Source of the DNA: Deltaproteobacteria bacterium
Lineage (GTDB): Bacteria; Myxococcota; Kuafuiibacteriia; Kuafuiibacteriales; Kuafuiibacteriaceae
Length of the DNA: 64,000 bases
Reading direction: 5' to 3'
Assembly: GCA_016713425.1 (NCBI GenBank)
Contig: JADJPE010000005.1
Span: 512,294 to 576,293 of the forward strand
A program made the position numbers and the translations under genes. The first letter of the stretch is position 1. Every line of letters starts with the position of its first letter. A model generated the notes under the pieces. The model ran no database searches and was not told where the DNA came from. It saw only the letters and a program-made list of their open reading frames with translations. Positions 46,901 to 56,591 of this stretch are shown here, in pieces.

Positions 46901-47686
46901 TTGCGTCCAAGAAGTGTCCAAGTGCTGAGCGGAATCGTTGCCGTGGTATCGTCCGTCGTCGTCTCATCGTTCGCAGCAGACGCAACGAGGACATCGACAA
47001 CGGGCAACGTCTTCCGCAACGAGGCAAGTGCCACGACGTCCCCGTGGAGGCTCGAGCTTTCGGCGGGCACTCAGTTCCCCGCCGATGTGGATGTTCGCGC
47101 AACGCTCGAAGGACCTCATCGACTCCTTGGATCGTTGTCGGTGGGGCTCTTGCCGTCCGCGTTCGTCGACGTGCTCAACGAGGTCCTTGTCAGCGCGAAA
47201 GCTTATGACCAGAGCACAGCGGATCTCATTCAAACCGCGCTCAAAGATTCCTTGGTTGTTCGGATGAGAGTTGGCTGGAGACCATTCGAAGACCATGGCT
47301 TCTACTTCATGGGAGGCTACGGCTTCGCGGCGCTTGGAGGCGGCGTGAACGGCATCGAGCTCTTGGCCCTGGCCTCCGGAAAACCGGCTCCGTCGAATGC
47401 CGAGGCACGTTTCGCGACGGCATCGATGGACGCCCTAGTGCATCAGCTCGACGTCGAGATTGGATGGACGTGGCTTCTCTGGGAGCGGCTCTTCGTCCAA
47501 GCGTCGCTCGGTGGATTCGTCACGCTGTCGTCGAACACGACAGTCACCCCCGACGGGTCGAGTGCCCAAGTCAACGCGGCACTCGCGCCTCTTGCCGCCT
47601 CAGGCGAGGCCTACCTGAACGACACGATTCAGACGTATGTGCACAGTCCCATCTTGGGCGTGAGACTCGGATGGATAGTCTTCTGA
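46901..47686 (+). CDS. Putative outer-membrane beta-barrel protein
   Basis: Signal-like N-terminus from TTG 46901 (RPRSVQVLSGIVAVVSSVVVSSFA), alternating-hydrophobicity strands and a C-terminal ...LGVRLGWIVF. The start is uncertain. Confidence 0.5.
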   Translation: MRPRSVQVLSGIVAVVSSVVVSSFAADATRTSTTGNVFRNEASATTSPWRLELSAGTQFPADVDVRATLEGPHRLLGSLSVGLLPSAFVDVLNEVLVSAKAYDQSTADLIQTALKDSLVVRMRVGWRPFEDHGFYFMGGYGFAALGGGVNGIELLALASGKPAPSNAEARFATASMDALVHQLDVEIGWTWLLWERLFVQASLGGFVTLSSNTTVTPDGSSAQVNAALAPLAASGEAYLNDTIQTYVHSPILGVRLGWIVF

Positions 47687-47720
47687 GCCGAACGAGGGCG
47701 CCGCGGACTTTCTCCACAGG

Positions 47721-49568
47721 CTACGGAACGCAGCACGACGACGGCATCTCGAACGGAACGCAAGCGGGCGCTCCGTTCGCATCCAAGCTCTGAATGCGAC
47801 GATCGCCCCCCAGATCGCCCCCTAGATCGAACCACGCGCAGAGCGGAAGCCCGCACAGGTGGCGGACGGAATCACAGCACGAAGCCGGAACGGCTGTCGA
47901 TTGGACTTCACGTACTGTTGCCATGAACGGGTCAAACGCCTGCTCGCAGGCGAGGCTTGCCGAGGCCTTTTCTTCTGCGGGCATCGCGAGATCACCTGCC
48001 ACGACGAATCGCCCTGCATCGCCCTGCCCGTCGATCGGCCGTGCCGCACCCGCACCCGCACCCGCACCCGCACCCGCACCCGCACCCGCACCCGCACCCG
48101 CACCCGCACCGTCATCGGCTCCCGTTGTCTCTCCGCGCGTGACAAGCTGCGGAACCGCGTAAGGATTGTACGCGACATCGGGCGCGCCCATTTCGTTTGG
48201 AATGCGCCAGAACTGGCCGGAAACCTGGCCTCCGGACAACAACAGGCCGGTTGGAGAGACGGTCGACGATACCGAGACCGGCATAGCGCCCGCGAGTCCG
48301 TGCGAGACATAGACATCGTAGCGTCCCGCCGGAAGTTCTGCGCAGACGACGGGTCCTGCCTCATAGGTTTGGGCGATGTTTCCGGGCGCCGCGTACGGAA
48401 TGAGACACGACGGATCGGTCGTACTAAGCCGCACGATGGCGACGGGCGGGATGGCGAGATCGACGCTGAATGCCGACGCGACACCCGCGGGAACAACGGG
48501 GTGCGCAACGAAGAATACGTCGGGCACGCCCACGGCCTTTTCGCTCAAGGTCTGGGCGCGCTGAAAGAGGACGACCGGCTGCACCCATGGCACTTGGTAG
48601 GTCGGGCCAAGTATCGGGTGGAGGTCGGGCGTGCCATCTCCGTCCATGTCAACAGCGCGGAAGTAGAATGCGCGCGTCACTGGGTTGCTCACCCAGTCGA
48701 GTCCCACCTTTTCAAGCACCGGTCCGTAGGGCGCGCTGCCCAGATCCGGCAACAGAAGTCGAGTGCGCGTCATGGCCAAGAGCCCACCCGCCAAACCCGC
48801 GACATCGGCGGCCAGCGGAAAGCTCGCCAAGCTCGAGAGCGCCATTCGGTCTCCATTCAACTCAGCGATCGGTGGCTCGGTCGTCACCGGCAACGCGAGC
48901 GTCACGGTGATGCCTCGAACCCGCTGCCCATTGGGGAACTTCGCCAAAGGACCCACCGAAATGATTGCGGGTGTCGCCGCCTCGAGAGATCCGGTGAACG
49001 CCCCTCCAAGCAGATCGCCTCGCGTCGCGCTCTGGCGCACGCCGTACAATGGATTCAGGTTTGCGTCGTCGTCCCAAACGCCGACGATGCGATAGTGGGC
49101 CGGGCTTTCCGCATCGCTTCCGTTGAGATGAACTCCGGGCCACACGAATGAAGTGCTGCGGGTGAGGATGCGGTCATCGTCCTCGCCCGTCCGACAGTCC
49201 GTAGGTCGGTTGAAGAGATCCTCGCCGTGGATCAACAACATCGAAGCGGGCAGCCCACTGCCGGTCGGCGGTGGCGGATCTGCTAGAGAGAAGAGGCTCA
49301 GGAGTGCTCGTCCTTTCACCTCGTTGCTTGCGTCGCAGACAGGTGGCGGTCCGATGTAGTTCAGCGTTCCTTCGATGCTCGCGCGTGGGTCCGGCGCCCG
49401 CCCGCCTTCGGCAACCGTCTTCTCCTTGGTGGGCTCACAGCCTCCGGCGAATGGACCCATCCCGAGAAGAATGACCATGGCCGTCCCGAACCCAAGGCTC
49501 GAGGACTTGAAGGTGGAGGCCGCAAAGCCGCTCATTTGACTCATCGATTGTCGAACCATTGTATCCAT
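47721..49568 (-). CDS. Lipoprotein encoded downstream of the TonB-dependent receptor
   Basis: Lipobox (LLGMGPFAGGC) when started at ATG 49568. No catalytic motif recognised. It contains a (GA)11 tract. Confidence 0.6.
   Translation of the reverse strand: MDTMVRQSMSQMSGFAASTFKSSSLGFGTAMVILLGMGPFAGGCEPTKEKTVAEGGRAPDPRASIEGTLNYIGPPPVCDASNEVKGRALLSLFSLADPPPPTGSGLPASMLLIHGEDLFNRPTDCRTGEDDDRILTRSTSFVWPGVHLNGSDAESPAHYRIVGVWDDDANLNPLYGVRQSATRGDLLGGAFTGSLEAATPAIISVGPLAKFPNGQRVRGITVTLALPVTTEPPIAELNGDRMALSSLASFPLAADVAGLAGGLLAMTRTRLLLPDLGSAPYGPVLEKVGLDWVSNPVTRAFYFRAVDMDGDGTPDLHPILGPTYQVPWVQPVVLFQRAQTLSEKAVGVPDVFFVAHPVVPAGVASAFSVDLAIPPVAIVRLSTTDPSCLIPYAAPGNIAQTYEAGPVVCAELPAGRYDVYVSHGLAGAMPVSVSSTVSPTGLLLSGGQVSGQFWRIPNEMGAPDVAYNPYAVPQLVTRGETTGADDGAGAGAGAGAGAGAGAGAGAGAARPIDGQGDAGRFVVAGDLAMPAEEKASASLACEQAFDPFMATVREVQSTAVPASCCDSVRHLCGLPLCAWFDLGGDLGGDRRIQSLDANGAPACVPFEMPSSCCVP
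48045..48110. repeat. Perfect hexanucleotide microsatellite (CGCACC)x11 inside the lipoprotein CDS
   Basis: Counted directly as 66 nt. It encodes GAGAGA... on the minus strand. Confidence 0.95.
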
Positions 49569-49627
49569 CCTGTGAGCTGAAGCTTGAGTGGGAGCTGAAG
49601 CTTGAGTCGGAGCTAAACGGACGCGCC

Positions 49628-52570
49628 TCAAAGCTTGAGCGCCAGCGATCCGAGCACCCGAGCCCCGAGACGCTGCCCGTACGGATGCTGACGGTGTTCG
49701 TTGTTCGTAACGTTATAGCCCGTCACGGCCACCTCGGCTTGGTCCTCCAAGAACGAGTACGAAACGCGCGCATTGGCCAGGTAGTACGCTGGCACTTCCC
49801 GCGTCTCGGCCGAACCGTCTGCCGTGAGCTCCGTCCAAAGCTGCCGACTCGCGAAGTGCACGTCGGCGGACAAGGCAAGACCCATGTCGAACCGATAGCG
49901 CGCACCCAAGTTCAGCTTGTGAACGCTCGTGCGCTCATCGAACTTGTACTCGCTCACCTGGCCCGCACCGGTCATGATCTTCTCCAGCGCATAGTTTGCG
50001 TACACGTCGAGACCTTGGATCGGATAGATTCGAGTCGAAAGCTCGGTTCCCAGGGCATGATAGGCAGTGTCCTGATTGCGGTAGGGCGCGAATCCTTGCG
50101 AAAACACGCCGAGAAACGGGTCGAACTCCGCCGTCGCACCGGAGGCGATATCGGCGACCGTTGGGTTCTCGGAAGGATCGGGACTCGGAATCGGCGCGAG
50201 GTCGGTCACGTGATTGTAATATCCGACAACCTCGAAATCGAAGGAACTCGAGGCGAAATTCGCATAGGAAAGCTCCACCGACAGGATCGACTCTGGGTTG
50301 AGGTTATTGCCCCCAAGCTCGGCCCCTTGCGTCGTTCCGGTTACCGCCGGCGTTGCGCCCGGGATTTCAAGATTCGCACCCACGTTCACGTAGCTCTCGA
50401 GAAAGCTCGGCGTTCGGAACGCCGACCCGGCCGCAAGGCGCACGGCAGACTCCGCGGAGGGACGGTAGATCAGCGCGCCGCGGGGCGAGATCGGCGGCTT
50501 CGACAAAAGTGGGTGGAAATCGGCCCGGATGCTTCCCTGAAAGCTCAGCGCGCCCGTGAGACGCAAGTTATCCTGCATAAACACCGCAAAATGGTCTTCG
50601 GCGTGGTCGCGGTCGAGATAGTTCCATCCGACCTGCTTCCTGCGATACGCACCGCCAATTTGGAAGTTGTGGGGAACCAGGAAATCGAATCGCTTCGAGA
50701 AGATGCCCTCGACGTCGAGCGTGTTCGTCGTTGCATCGAAAAGGTACGGGTTCTCTCCGAGACGTACATACTGAGGTCCGCCGCTGGCATCGAAATGATG
50801 GTAGAAGACGCGAAGAAGGCCGTGCTTCGAGTCGAGCTGCGCCGACGCAAAGGCGTTGAGATTGAGATCCATCCCGAAGTCACGAAGACCGCTCGTCGCC
50901 TGCCACTCAACCCGTCCGTGGGACGCGCCACCTCGTACAACCAGGCCGAGCTCAGGGGCCAAACGATAGGCAAGCGCACTGTTCGCGCGAACGACCCGCC
51001 ATGATTGGTCCTGTGCCTTGAAATTACGTGCGATATCGACGCGCTGATCCGAGACTTCCTGGGAGAATCGAAGCGCGTTGTCGAGGCCCGCCGCGAAACG
51101 GTATGCAAGCCGTCCTGCCTGTCCGCTCGTCGAGGCATGCTCGTGAAGCCACTCGTGACTTCCGGCGCTCGCGAAGACCTCGACACCTGGGTCCTCGCCA
51201 GGTCGTCGAGTGATGATGTTGACGACGCCTGAGAAAGCATCGGCACCATAGAGCGCCGACGCCGGACCGCGGATGATCTCGATCCGCTCGATATCCTCAG
51301 GACCTATGGTCAAGCTATGCCAAAATGTTGTGCCGAGCATGTCCGTGTACACGGATCGTCCATCGACGAGCACAAGAAGTCGGTTCGAGAGACGCTGATT
51401 GAATCCACGAAGACTCACGTTGAGATCCGAAGGCGAAGCCGTCATCACGTCCGCGCCTGGGACGCGACGAAGCAACTCCGGAATGCTCGACAGCCCACTG
51501 GAACGGATCTCTTCTCGCGTAATGATATGGGTCGCGCTCGGCGCATCGAGGGGCGACTGCACGTAGCGCGACGCCGACACGAGCTGGGCGTCGTACACGT
51601 TGTCCTCGAGCGTAGGTCCGGCGTTGGCAACAGTGGAAGTTCCCGCACCACTCGCCGCCTGCTGCGGGCGCTCGACTTGGGTCGCGGCCGCCATCCCCGA
51701 GGGTGGAGGCGACGCTCCGATCGATCCTTCTCGTGAACCCTCTCGTGAATCCTCTCGTGAACCCTCTAAAGCCTTCGAAGCGCTCGTAGCGCCATCCTCA
51801 TCCTCACGGCCCTGCCCGACGGGTCGAGCGCCGGATCGAGCGCCGGATCGAACGCCAATCCGGGCGCCATTCCCAACCTCGGCTGGCGCGTTATCATCCA
51901 ATCTCGGCGCTCGTTTCCCCCTCGCGTCTTCCGCCTCCGCTTCACGCGCGCGCGCCAACCGGGCCTGCTCAAGACGCTGGATGTCGAGCTCCAGCTTCGA
52001 GAGATCGCGCGCTGCACTGCGGAGAGATGCGCTGTCCGTGGTCCTCGCCAACGACTCGAGCAAAACACGCGACCTTCCGATTGGGCTCAAGTCGATCATC
52101 GAAAGCGGAAGCAAGTTCGACGCCCCACCCGGCGCGGAACCGTTTGGCGAAGTTCCGTCCGAAGCCGCATCGAGGACATCGACGGGCGCGATCAGCGAAG
52201 GGAGCTTCTCGCGAAGAGATGCAACCAACGCCTCCACGCGTTCCGCGTCCTCGGGCGAGCTGGCCAGATACTGCTGGAAGTAGTCGATGGCCTCGCTCAC
52301 CATGCCTTGCTCTGCGTAGAGCTGCGCGATGTTGAACAAGACGTTCGCGTGCGGGAGCGCAGCTTGCGCCTGCTTGAGCTCGTCGATCGCCTGAAGTGGT
52401 TGGCCGACATCGACCAGTCTCATCGCTTCCCTGAAGTGTCGCCGAGCTTCCGTCCGACGGTCGGCTCTCGCCTCGGGCGGACCGAGCACGACGAATGCCC
52501 CTACAATCAGCAGCCAAGCAGCGACCAAAGGAAGCGGAGCGAGCTTGAACGCACGATATCGTCGCGACAC
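49628..52570 (-). CDS. TonB-dependent receptor with an N-terminal TPR-like extension
   Basis: Plug region (ITREEIRSSGLSSIPELLRRVPGADV, IERIEIIRGPASALYGADAFSGVVNIITR) and a long beta-barrel. These are preceded by about 300 aa of TPR-like helices plus low-complexity sequence. Confidence 0.85.
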   Translation of the reverse strand: MSRRYRAFKLAPLPLVAAWLLIVGAFVVLGPPEARADRRTEARRHFREAMRLVDVGQPLQAIDELKQAQAALPHANVLFNIAQLYAEQGMVSEAIDYFQQYLASSPEDAERVEALVASLREKLPSLIAPVDVLDAASDGTSPNGSAPGGASNLLPLSMIDLSPIGRSRVLLESLARTTDSASLRSAARDLSKLELDIQRLEQARLARAREAEAEDARGKRAPRLDDNAPAEVGNGARIGVRSGARSGARPVGQGREDEDGATSASKALEGSREDSREGSREGSIGASPPPSGMAAATQVERPQQAASGAGTSTVANAGPTLEDNVYDAQLVSASRYVQSPLDAPSATHIITREEIRSSGLSSIPELLRRVPGADVMTASPSDLNVSLRGFNQRLSNRLLVLVDGRSVYTDMLGTTFWHSLTIGPEDIERIEIIRGPASALYGADAFSGVVNIITRRPGEDPGVEVFASAGSHEWLHEHASTSGQAGRLAYRFAAGLDNALRFSQEVSDQRVDIARNFKAQDQSWRVVRANSALAYRLAPELGLVVRGGASHGRVEWQATSGLRDFGMDLNLNAFASAQLDSKHGLLRVFYHHFDASGGPQYVRLGENPYLFDATTNTLDVEGIFSKRFDFLVPHNFQIGGAYRRKQVGWNYLDRDHAEDHFAVFMQDNLRLTGALSFQGSIRADFHPLLSKPPISPRGALIYRPSAESAVRLAAGSAFRTPSFLESYVNVGANLEIPGATPAVTGTTQGAELGGNNLNPESILSVELSYANFASSSFDFEVVGYYNHVTDLAPIPSPDPSENPTVADIASGATAEFDPFLGVFSQGFAPYRNQDTAYHALGTELSTRIYPIQGLDVYANYALEKIMTGAGQVSEYKFDERTSVHKLNLGARYRFDMGLALSADVHFASRQLWTELTADGSAETREVPAYYLANARVSYSFLEDQAEVAVTGYNVTNNEHRQHPYGQRLGARVLGSLALKL

Positions 52571-52973
52571 GACTCCTCCTTAGTCGATATTGGACGCCCA
52601 TCCAATTGCCGACACTGGGCTCGGGAGCAGACCTCGACCGTAGGGGGGGGACAAAGGTGGGAGAAGGTCGGAGGATGATGTGATCCGGGTGCTTGGTATC
52701 TATCGAATGGAGACATGCCGCGTGTCGCTCGAGTGCGCGCTGATTGATCCTCAAATGCGCGGTGTGTGGGTGGGCCTCGGTCGCCCCGAGATCCGAGTCC
52801 AAGCCCGACGAGTCGAAGGCGCTGGCGCAGAAATCATGCGCCCGGTCTGCGGAGTCCGCGCAAGAAAACCTCCTCCCAACAGTCCGTTGCCCGCAACCCA
52901 GACCGAGAACCTTCGATAAACCTGAGTCTGGATCGAAGGGCAACCGCGGTCCCGACAGAAAGGGAAGCATCAC

Positions 52974-53366
52974 ATGCAAGTCATAGCGGATCGAAACGCT
53001 GCCGTGGGCTACGTCGGGTCGCACTCGAATCACGGACACACGCCCAGCGAGCGCATTTCACTGCAAGTCACGGTCGACCCATCGTCGCTCCGCGCACGCC
53101 TCGGGGACGGATTCGATCGCGTGGAGCACGTCTATGGGCGCGTGCCACGCTACGAAGCTGGAGGCGTCAAATACGAAAAGGTCGAAGTACCTTTTCACAC
53201 CAACCGAACCGGAGCAGACGAGTACGCCTGCTTTCTCCCAGAAACCGCTGACGTTCGCGCCATTCGCCAGGAAGGCGTGTCATTCTTCCTCGAGACCAAA
53301 GGCCATGTCGAGCTCCAGAATTGGGGTGACAACGTGTTCCCGCGCGGCGCCTTCGGCCCCTACTAA
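52974..53366 (+). CDS. Hypothetical small protein
   Basis: 130-aa ORF with third-position G/C of about 15 in 20 sampled codons. No motif recognised. Confidence 0.4.
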   Translation: MQVIADRNAAVGYVGSHSNHGHTPSERISLQVTVDPSSLRARLGDGFDRVEHVYGRVPRYEAGGVKYEKVEVPFHTNRTGADEYACFLPETADVRAIRQEGVSFFLETKGHVELQNWGDNVFPRGAFGPY

Positions 53367-53556
53367 AACAGAGGCGCTCGGGTTGTAGATCATGTGGACG
53401 TAGGCTCGTCCGTGAGGCGGCCCCACCGTGGGACAGCCGTAGGATAGGGAGAGCACCGAACAGCGCACCGGTCAGAACGACCGCCCCACCCCTCGGGCGG
53501 CATGAATATCGTCCGAATCCTCGCGAGCCACGCCGCTTGAGGGTACCTTCTTCGGC

Positions 53557-55800
53557 GTGGGAGCGTCGCACAGCCTAGACCAGACCGTCGGGATACGAAA
53601 CCGAAGGCGCCCAAGGAGGCGAAACCTCGCGATCGCCATCTCGGCGACATTCTCAGCTTCTCGGCTCTTGCTCCCCGAAGGCGATGCCACGGCCGCCGAG
53701 CGCCCGACACCAGAGAACCCGGCCCTCGCGCTCCTGAAGCAAGAGACCAACGCAACGACGGAAGCCTTGTCGAGGACGCAGGCTGCCCTGAATGGGGGCA
53801 AGTTCGAATACGCTCTCAATAGCCTACCGGCCATTGAGGCGCCCGGATCCGGTGCCGGGGACAGTGACCTGCTCTCGCCGTATGTTGGCTACCTGAAGGC
53901 TGAAGCCCTGACGGGGCTGGGACGACACGACGAGGCCCTCGCCCTCCTCACACCTTCACTCGCCGCGAAGGGCTGCCGGGACGGCTGGGAGGATCCGGTG
54001 TACGCGCTCCGCGAAGCCCTGCGCGCAGAACTAACGGCCAAGAAGGATCCGAAGGAGGCGGCCACCATCCTTCGGGCGCTGCTTCCGACCGCACCGCGCC
54101 TTCTACAAGCGATCGACTGGTTGAAGAAGGCTCGAGCAAACGATGAGGCAAGACAGGTCGAAGTTCTTCTCCTGACCTCGCTCCCCGAAACCAAGGAGGC
54201 AAAGAAGGTCGCCGAGCAACTCGGAGAAGGGGCCCTGAAGCAAGCGCTCGGAACGGAAGCCCAGCGTCTCGCGCGCATTCGAGCACTCTTGGCGGCCCAC
54301 GAGAACGAACGAGCCAACCAGGAAGCCAACCAGCTCCTCGAAGAGACGAAAGCGCGACCCACCGTGTGCGAGCTCCAGTACATCAGCGGCAAGGCGCTCA
54401 GGAAGCTCCGCCAATACACAGCATCAATCAAAGCACTCAAGAAGGCGCGCGTCGTCTGCGCGTCCGTCTCGCCAGACATCCAGGCCCGCGCCACTCTGCT
54501 TGAGATCAATGTTCGCGCGATTCGCGGACAAGAAAGGCCCATCGAGCAGCTGATCGCGGCGTTCACGAAGCAGCAACCTCGCCACTCGTACCTCGACGAC
54601 GCCCTTGTCTTCCTCGCCGAAGTGAAGGCAGCCCGCGGCAAGCACGCTCAAGCCGAGACGATCTACCGCCAAGTCCTCAATGAATATCCCTTCGGTGACC
54701 AGGCTTTGATGGCCGCGTGGCGACTCGCGTTCGCCGCAATCAAGAAGAACGATCCGGGCACGGCCCGCCCGTTCCTCGAGAAGATCGCGAAGAGCGACGC
54801 CGCGCCCACAATGGAGGGCTCGCGCGCTCGCTATTGGCTCGCCCGACTGCTCGAAAAGGAGGCGCCCGAGGTCTCTGCATCTTATTTCCGCGAAACGGTC
54901 CTCGATCTCTCCTTCTATAGCTGGCTCGCACTCGCACACACCGCAAGGAAGCGCCCGGACCTTTCCAAGTCGCTCCAGCGCGAGCTCCTCGAGCGCCTCG
55001 ACCCGAAGGGAGCACTCCACATCGAACTTCCCTCCGCCATCGTGCGCTCAAACGCGGAACGGCTTGGATTCAAGCTGTTTGCCGCGGGACGACCCGACAT
55101 CGCAGAGGCGGCCATGCGGCAGCTTGATTGCCCAGGTTTGTCGCCGAAAGAAGCGCTCGCGCTCGCGTTCTCGCTCGACGCGATCGATGCGCATGCATCG
55201 GCGCAAGCCATCCTGCGCGCCCGTTCATCGACGATGCTCAAGAGCATCTCGCCCGAAACGCTTCCGGTCTGGTACGCCGCCTACTCGCGCCCCTACTTCC
55301 CTTTGGTCGAGAAGGCAGCCAAGGCCGAAGAGATCGAGCCTCTCCTCTTTCTTGCCCTCGTGCGTGAAGAAAGTACGTTCGATCCGGAGATCGTAAGCTG
55401 GGCGGGAGCGGTCGGCCTCGGACAACTCATGCCCGCGACGGCCGTCGGCGCCTTTAGCTCCGTCTTCCGAGGTCGCCTGGACCCGAGCCGTCTAACCGAC
55501 CCTGAGCTCAACCTCCGCCTCGGCGCACGCGTTCTGGCCGATGGACTTAGGACCTTTGAGGGCGTGGAGGCACTCGGGCTCGGTGCCTACAACGCGGGTG
55601 CCTCCGCCGTGCGTCGTTGGCTCGGACCCAAGCCTGTACGCTTCGAACGATGGGTCGAAGAGGTCTCAGTCAAACAGACTCGACGATACATCAAGCGCGT
55701 CACCGAAACATGGGGCATCTATCGGCTGCTTTACGACAAGGACGAGCCATTCATAGCGCTTCCGGCGGTCATCCCGGCCAGCGGCAAAGGGAAGCGCTGA
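53557..55800 (+). CDS. Soluble lytic murein transglycosylase (Slt70-like)
   Basis: C-terminal SLT domain (LVREESTFDPEIVSWAGAVGLGQLMP, AYNAGASAVRRW) after a long superhelical repeat region. Confidence 0.85.
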   Translation: MGASHSLDQTVGIRNRRRPRRRNLAIAISATFSASRLLLPEGDATAAERPTPENPALALLKQETNATTEALSRTQAALNGGKFEYALNSLPAIEAPGSGAGDSDLLSPYVGYLKAEALTGLGRHDEALALLTPSLAAKGCRDGWEDPVYALREALRAELTAKKDPKEAATILRALLPTAPRLLQAIDWLKKARANDEARQVEVLLLTSLPETKEAKKVAEQLGEGALKQALGTEAQRLARIRALLAAHENERANQEANQLLEETKARPTVCELQYISGKALRKLRQYTASIKALKKARVVCASVSPDIQARATLLEINVRAIRGQERPIEQLIAAFTKQQPRHSYLDDALVFLAEVKAARGKHAQAETIYRQVLNEYPFGDQALMAAWRLAFAAIKKNDPGTARPFLEKIAKSDAAPTMEGSRARYWLARLLEKEAPEVSASYFRETVLDLSFYSWLALAHTARKRPDLSKSLQRELLERLDPKGALHIELPSAIVRSNAERLGFKLFAAGRPDIAEAAMRQLDCPGLSPKEALALAFSLDAIDAHASAQAILRARSSTMLKSISPETLPVWYAAYSRPYFPLVEKAAKAEEIEPLLFLALVREESTFDPEIVSWAGAVGLGQLMPATAVGAFSSVFRGRLDPSRLTDPELNLRLGARVLADGLRTFEGVEALGLGAYNAGASAVRRWLGPKPVRFERWVEEVSVKQTRRYIKRVTETWGIYRLLYDKDEPFIALPAVIPASGKGKR

Positions 55801-55826
55801 GAAAGAGTGAAGCCGGGCTCAAGCCC

Positions 55827-55978
55827 CTCGTTCCAAAGATCATGGAGAGAGACACCGATGTCGATGGCGTCGAGGATGGTCTCGAGCGGGACTCGGCCGG
55901 TGGCGTCGTTGTACCGGTAAGGATTGTTGAGGCCGTAGGCGAAGCGGTTGAATCCATCGGGCTTTGTAGCATCGACCT
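55827..55978 (-). pseudogene. Vestigial third mini-Rhs cassette (152-nt piece of the RHS-core region)
   Basis: Matches 57582..57733 and 60298..60449 with a few mismatches. It encodes ...KPDGFNRFAYGLNNPYRYNDATGRVP.ETILDAIDIGVSLHDLWNE and abuts the slt stop codon. Confidence 0.8.
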
Positions 55979-56546
55979 GACTCCGGCGCGTGCTCCTGCG
56001 AACGCGCCGTGCGTCGGAGCCGGGTCACCGGCCCTCCGCTACACCGGTACCTATCGAGGAGAGACGAGGATCTCCCACGTTACAGGGTCGTCTTCTTCGT
56101 GCGTGCCATATTCGAACACCCCGCCGGATACGCCGTCCCCTCGACCCGCGTTGCCTGGTCGCGACTGGCTACTCCTGACCCGGAAATGCCGCCGTCATCT
56201 CTCCGCCGACCGCACCTCCCGCTGCAGGCGAGCCCACTCGTCCCCAGTCCTTCACTTCTCCGTGCTGCAAGTGGTGCGTTGGGGCTTTGGGCAGCCCCCT
56301 CCCGACGCTTGTCCTCGCGCTTCCTGCGATGGGAAGTAAAGTATCGCCGCCGCCGTCGAGGCCGATCATCGCGAAACACATCCCCGACCGAGGGCGCGAT
56401 GAGTTCATGCTCGCGCAGACCCATGCCGAGGGCAGCACGTGGTCTCTGAGACCAGCTCGATGCTCGCCGGTGACCTTGAGCAGGGTCCTCTGCTCGCGTT
56501 CGTTCAAGGCCCGTGGGGTGCGTGCCTCGTCGGCGTAGTTCGCCAT
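55979..56546 (-). pseudogene. Tyrosine recombinase remnant (diverged, frameshifted, 3'-truncated)
   Basis: It starts [38 protein letters not shown], then continues in another frame ([26 protein letters not shown]). It is a paralog of 58177..58788. Confidence 0.65.
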
Positions 56547-56591
56547 CGTCTGGGATGAAGGCGTGCCCCACGGCATATGGCAGGGTTGGAG

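Noticed and set aside
37091-48110. Possibility that the two 66-nt repeat tracts, (CGCAGT)11 at 37091..37156 and (CGCACC)11 at 48045..48110, or the other short repeats are CRISPR arrays
   Set aside because: The units are 6-14 nt and directly abut one another without spacers. No cas genes are present in the window.
47859-51004. Plus-strand ORFs 47859..49151 (430 aa) and 49559..51004 (481 aa)
   Set aside because: They lie antisense to the lipoprotein and TonB-dependent receptor genes, which carry clear motifs. Their translations are Arg/His-rich and featureless.
52571-52973. Riboswitch (for example cobalamin or TPP) in the long leader upstream of the TonB-dependent receptor
   Set aside because: I looked on the minus strand for a B12-box or other conserved riboswitch cores and saw none. 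The single cccgcaac string is on the wrong strand. A covariance-model scan would be needed to exclude this fully.
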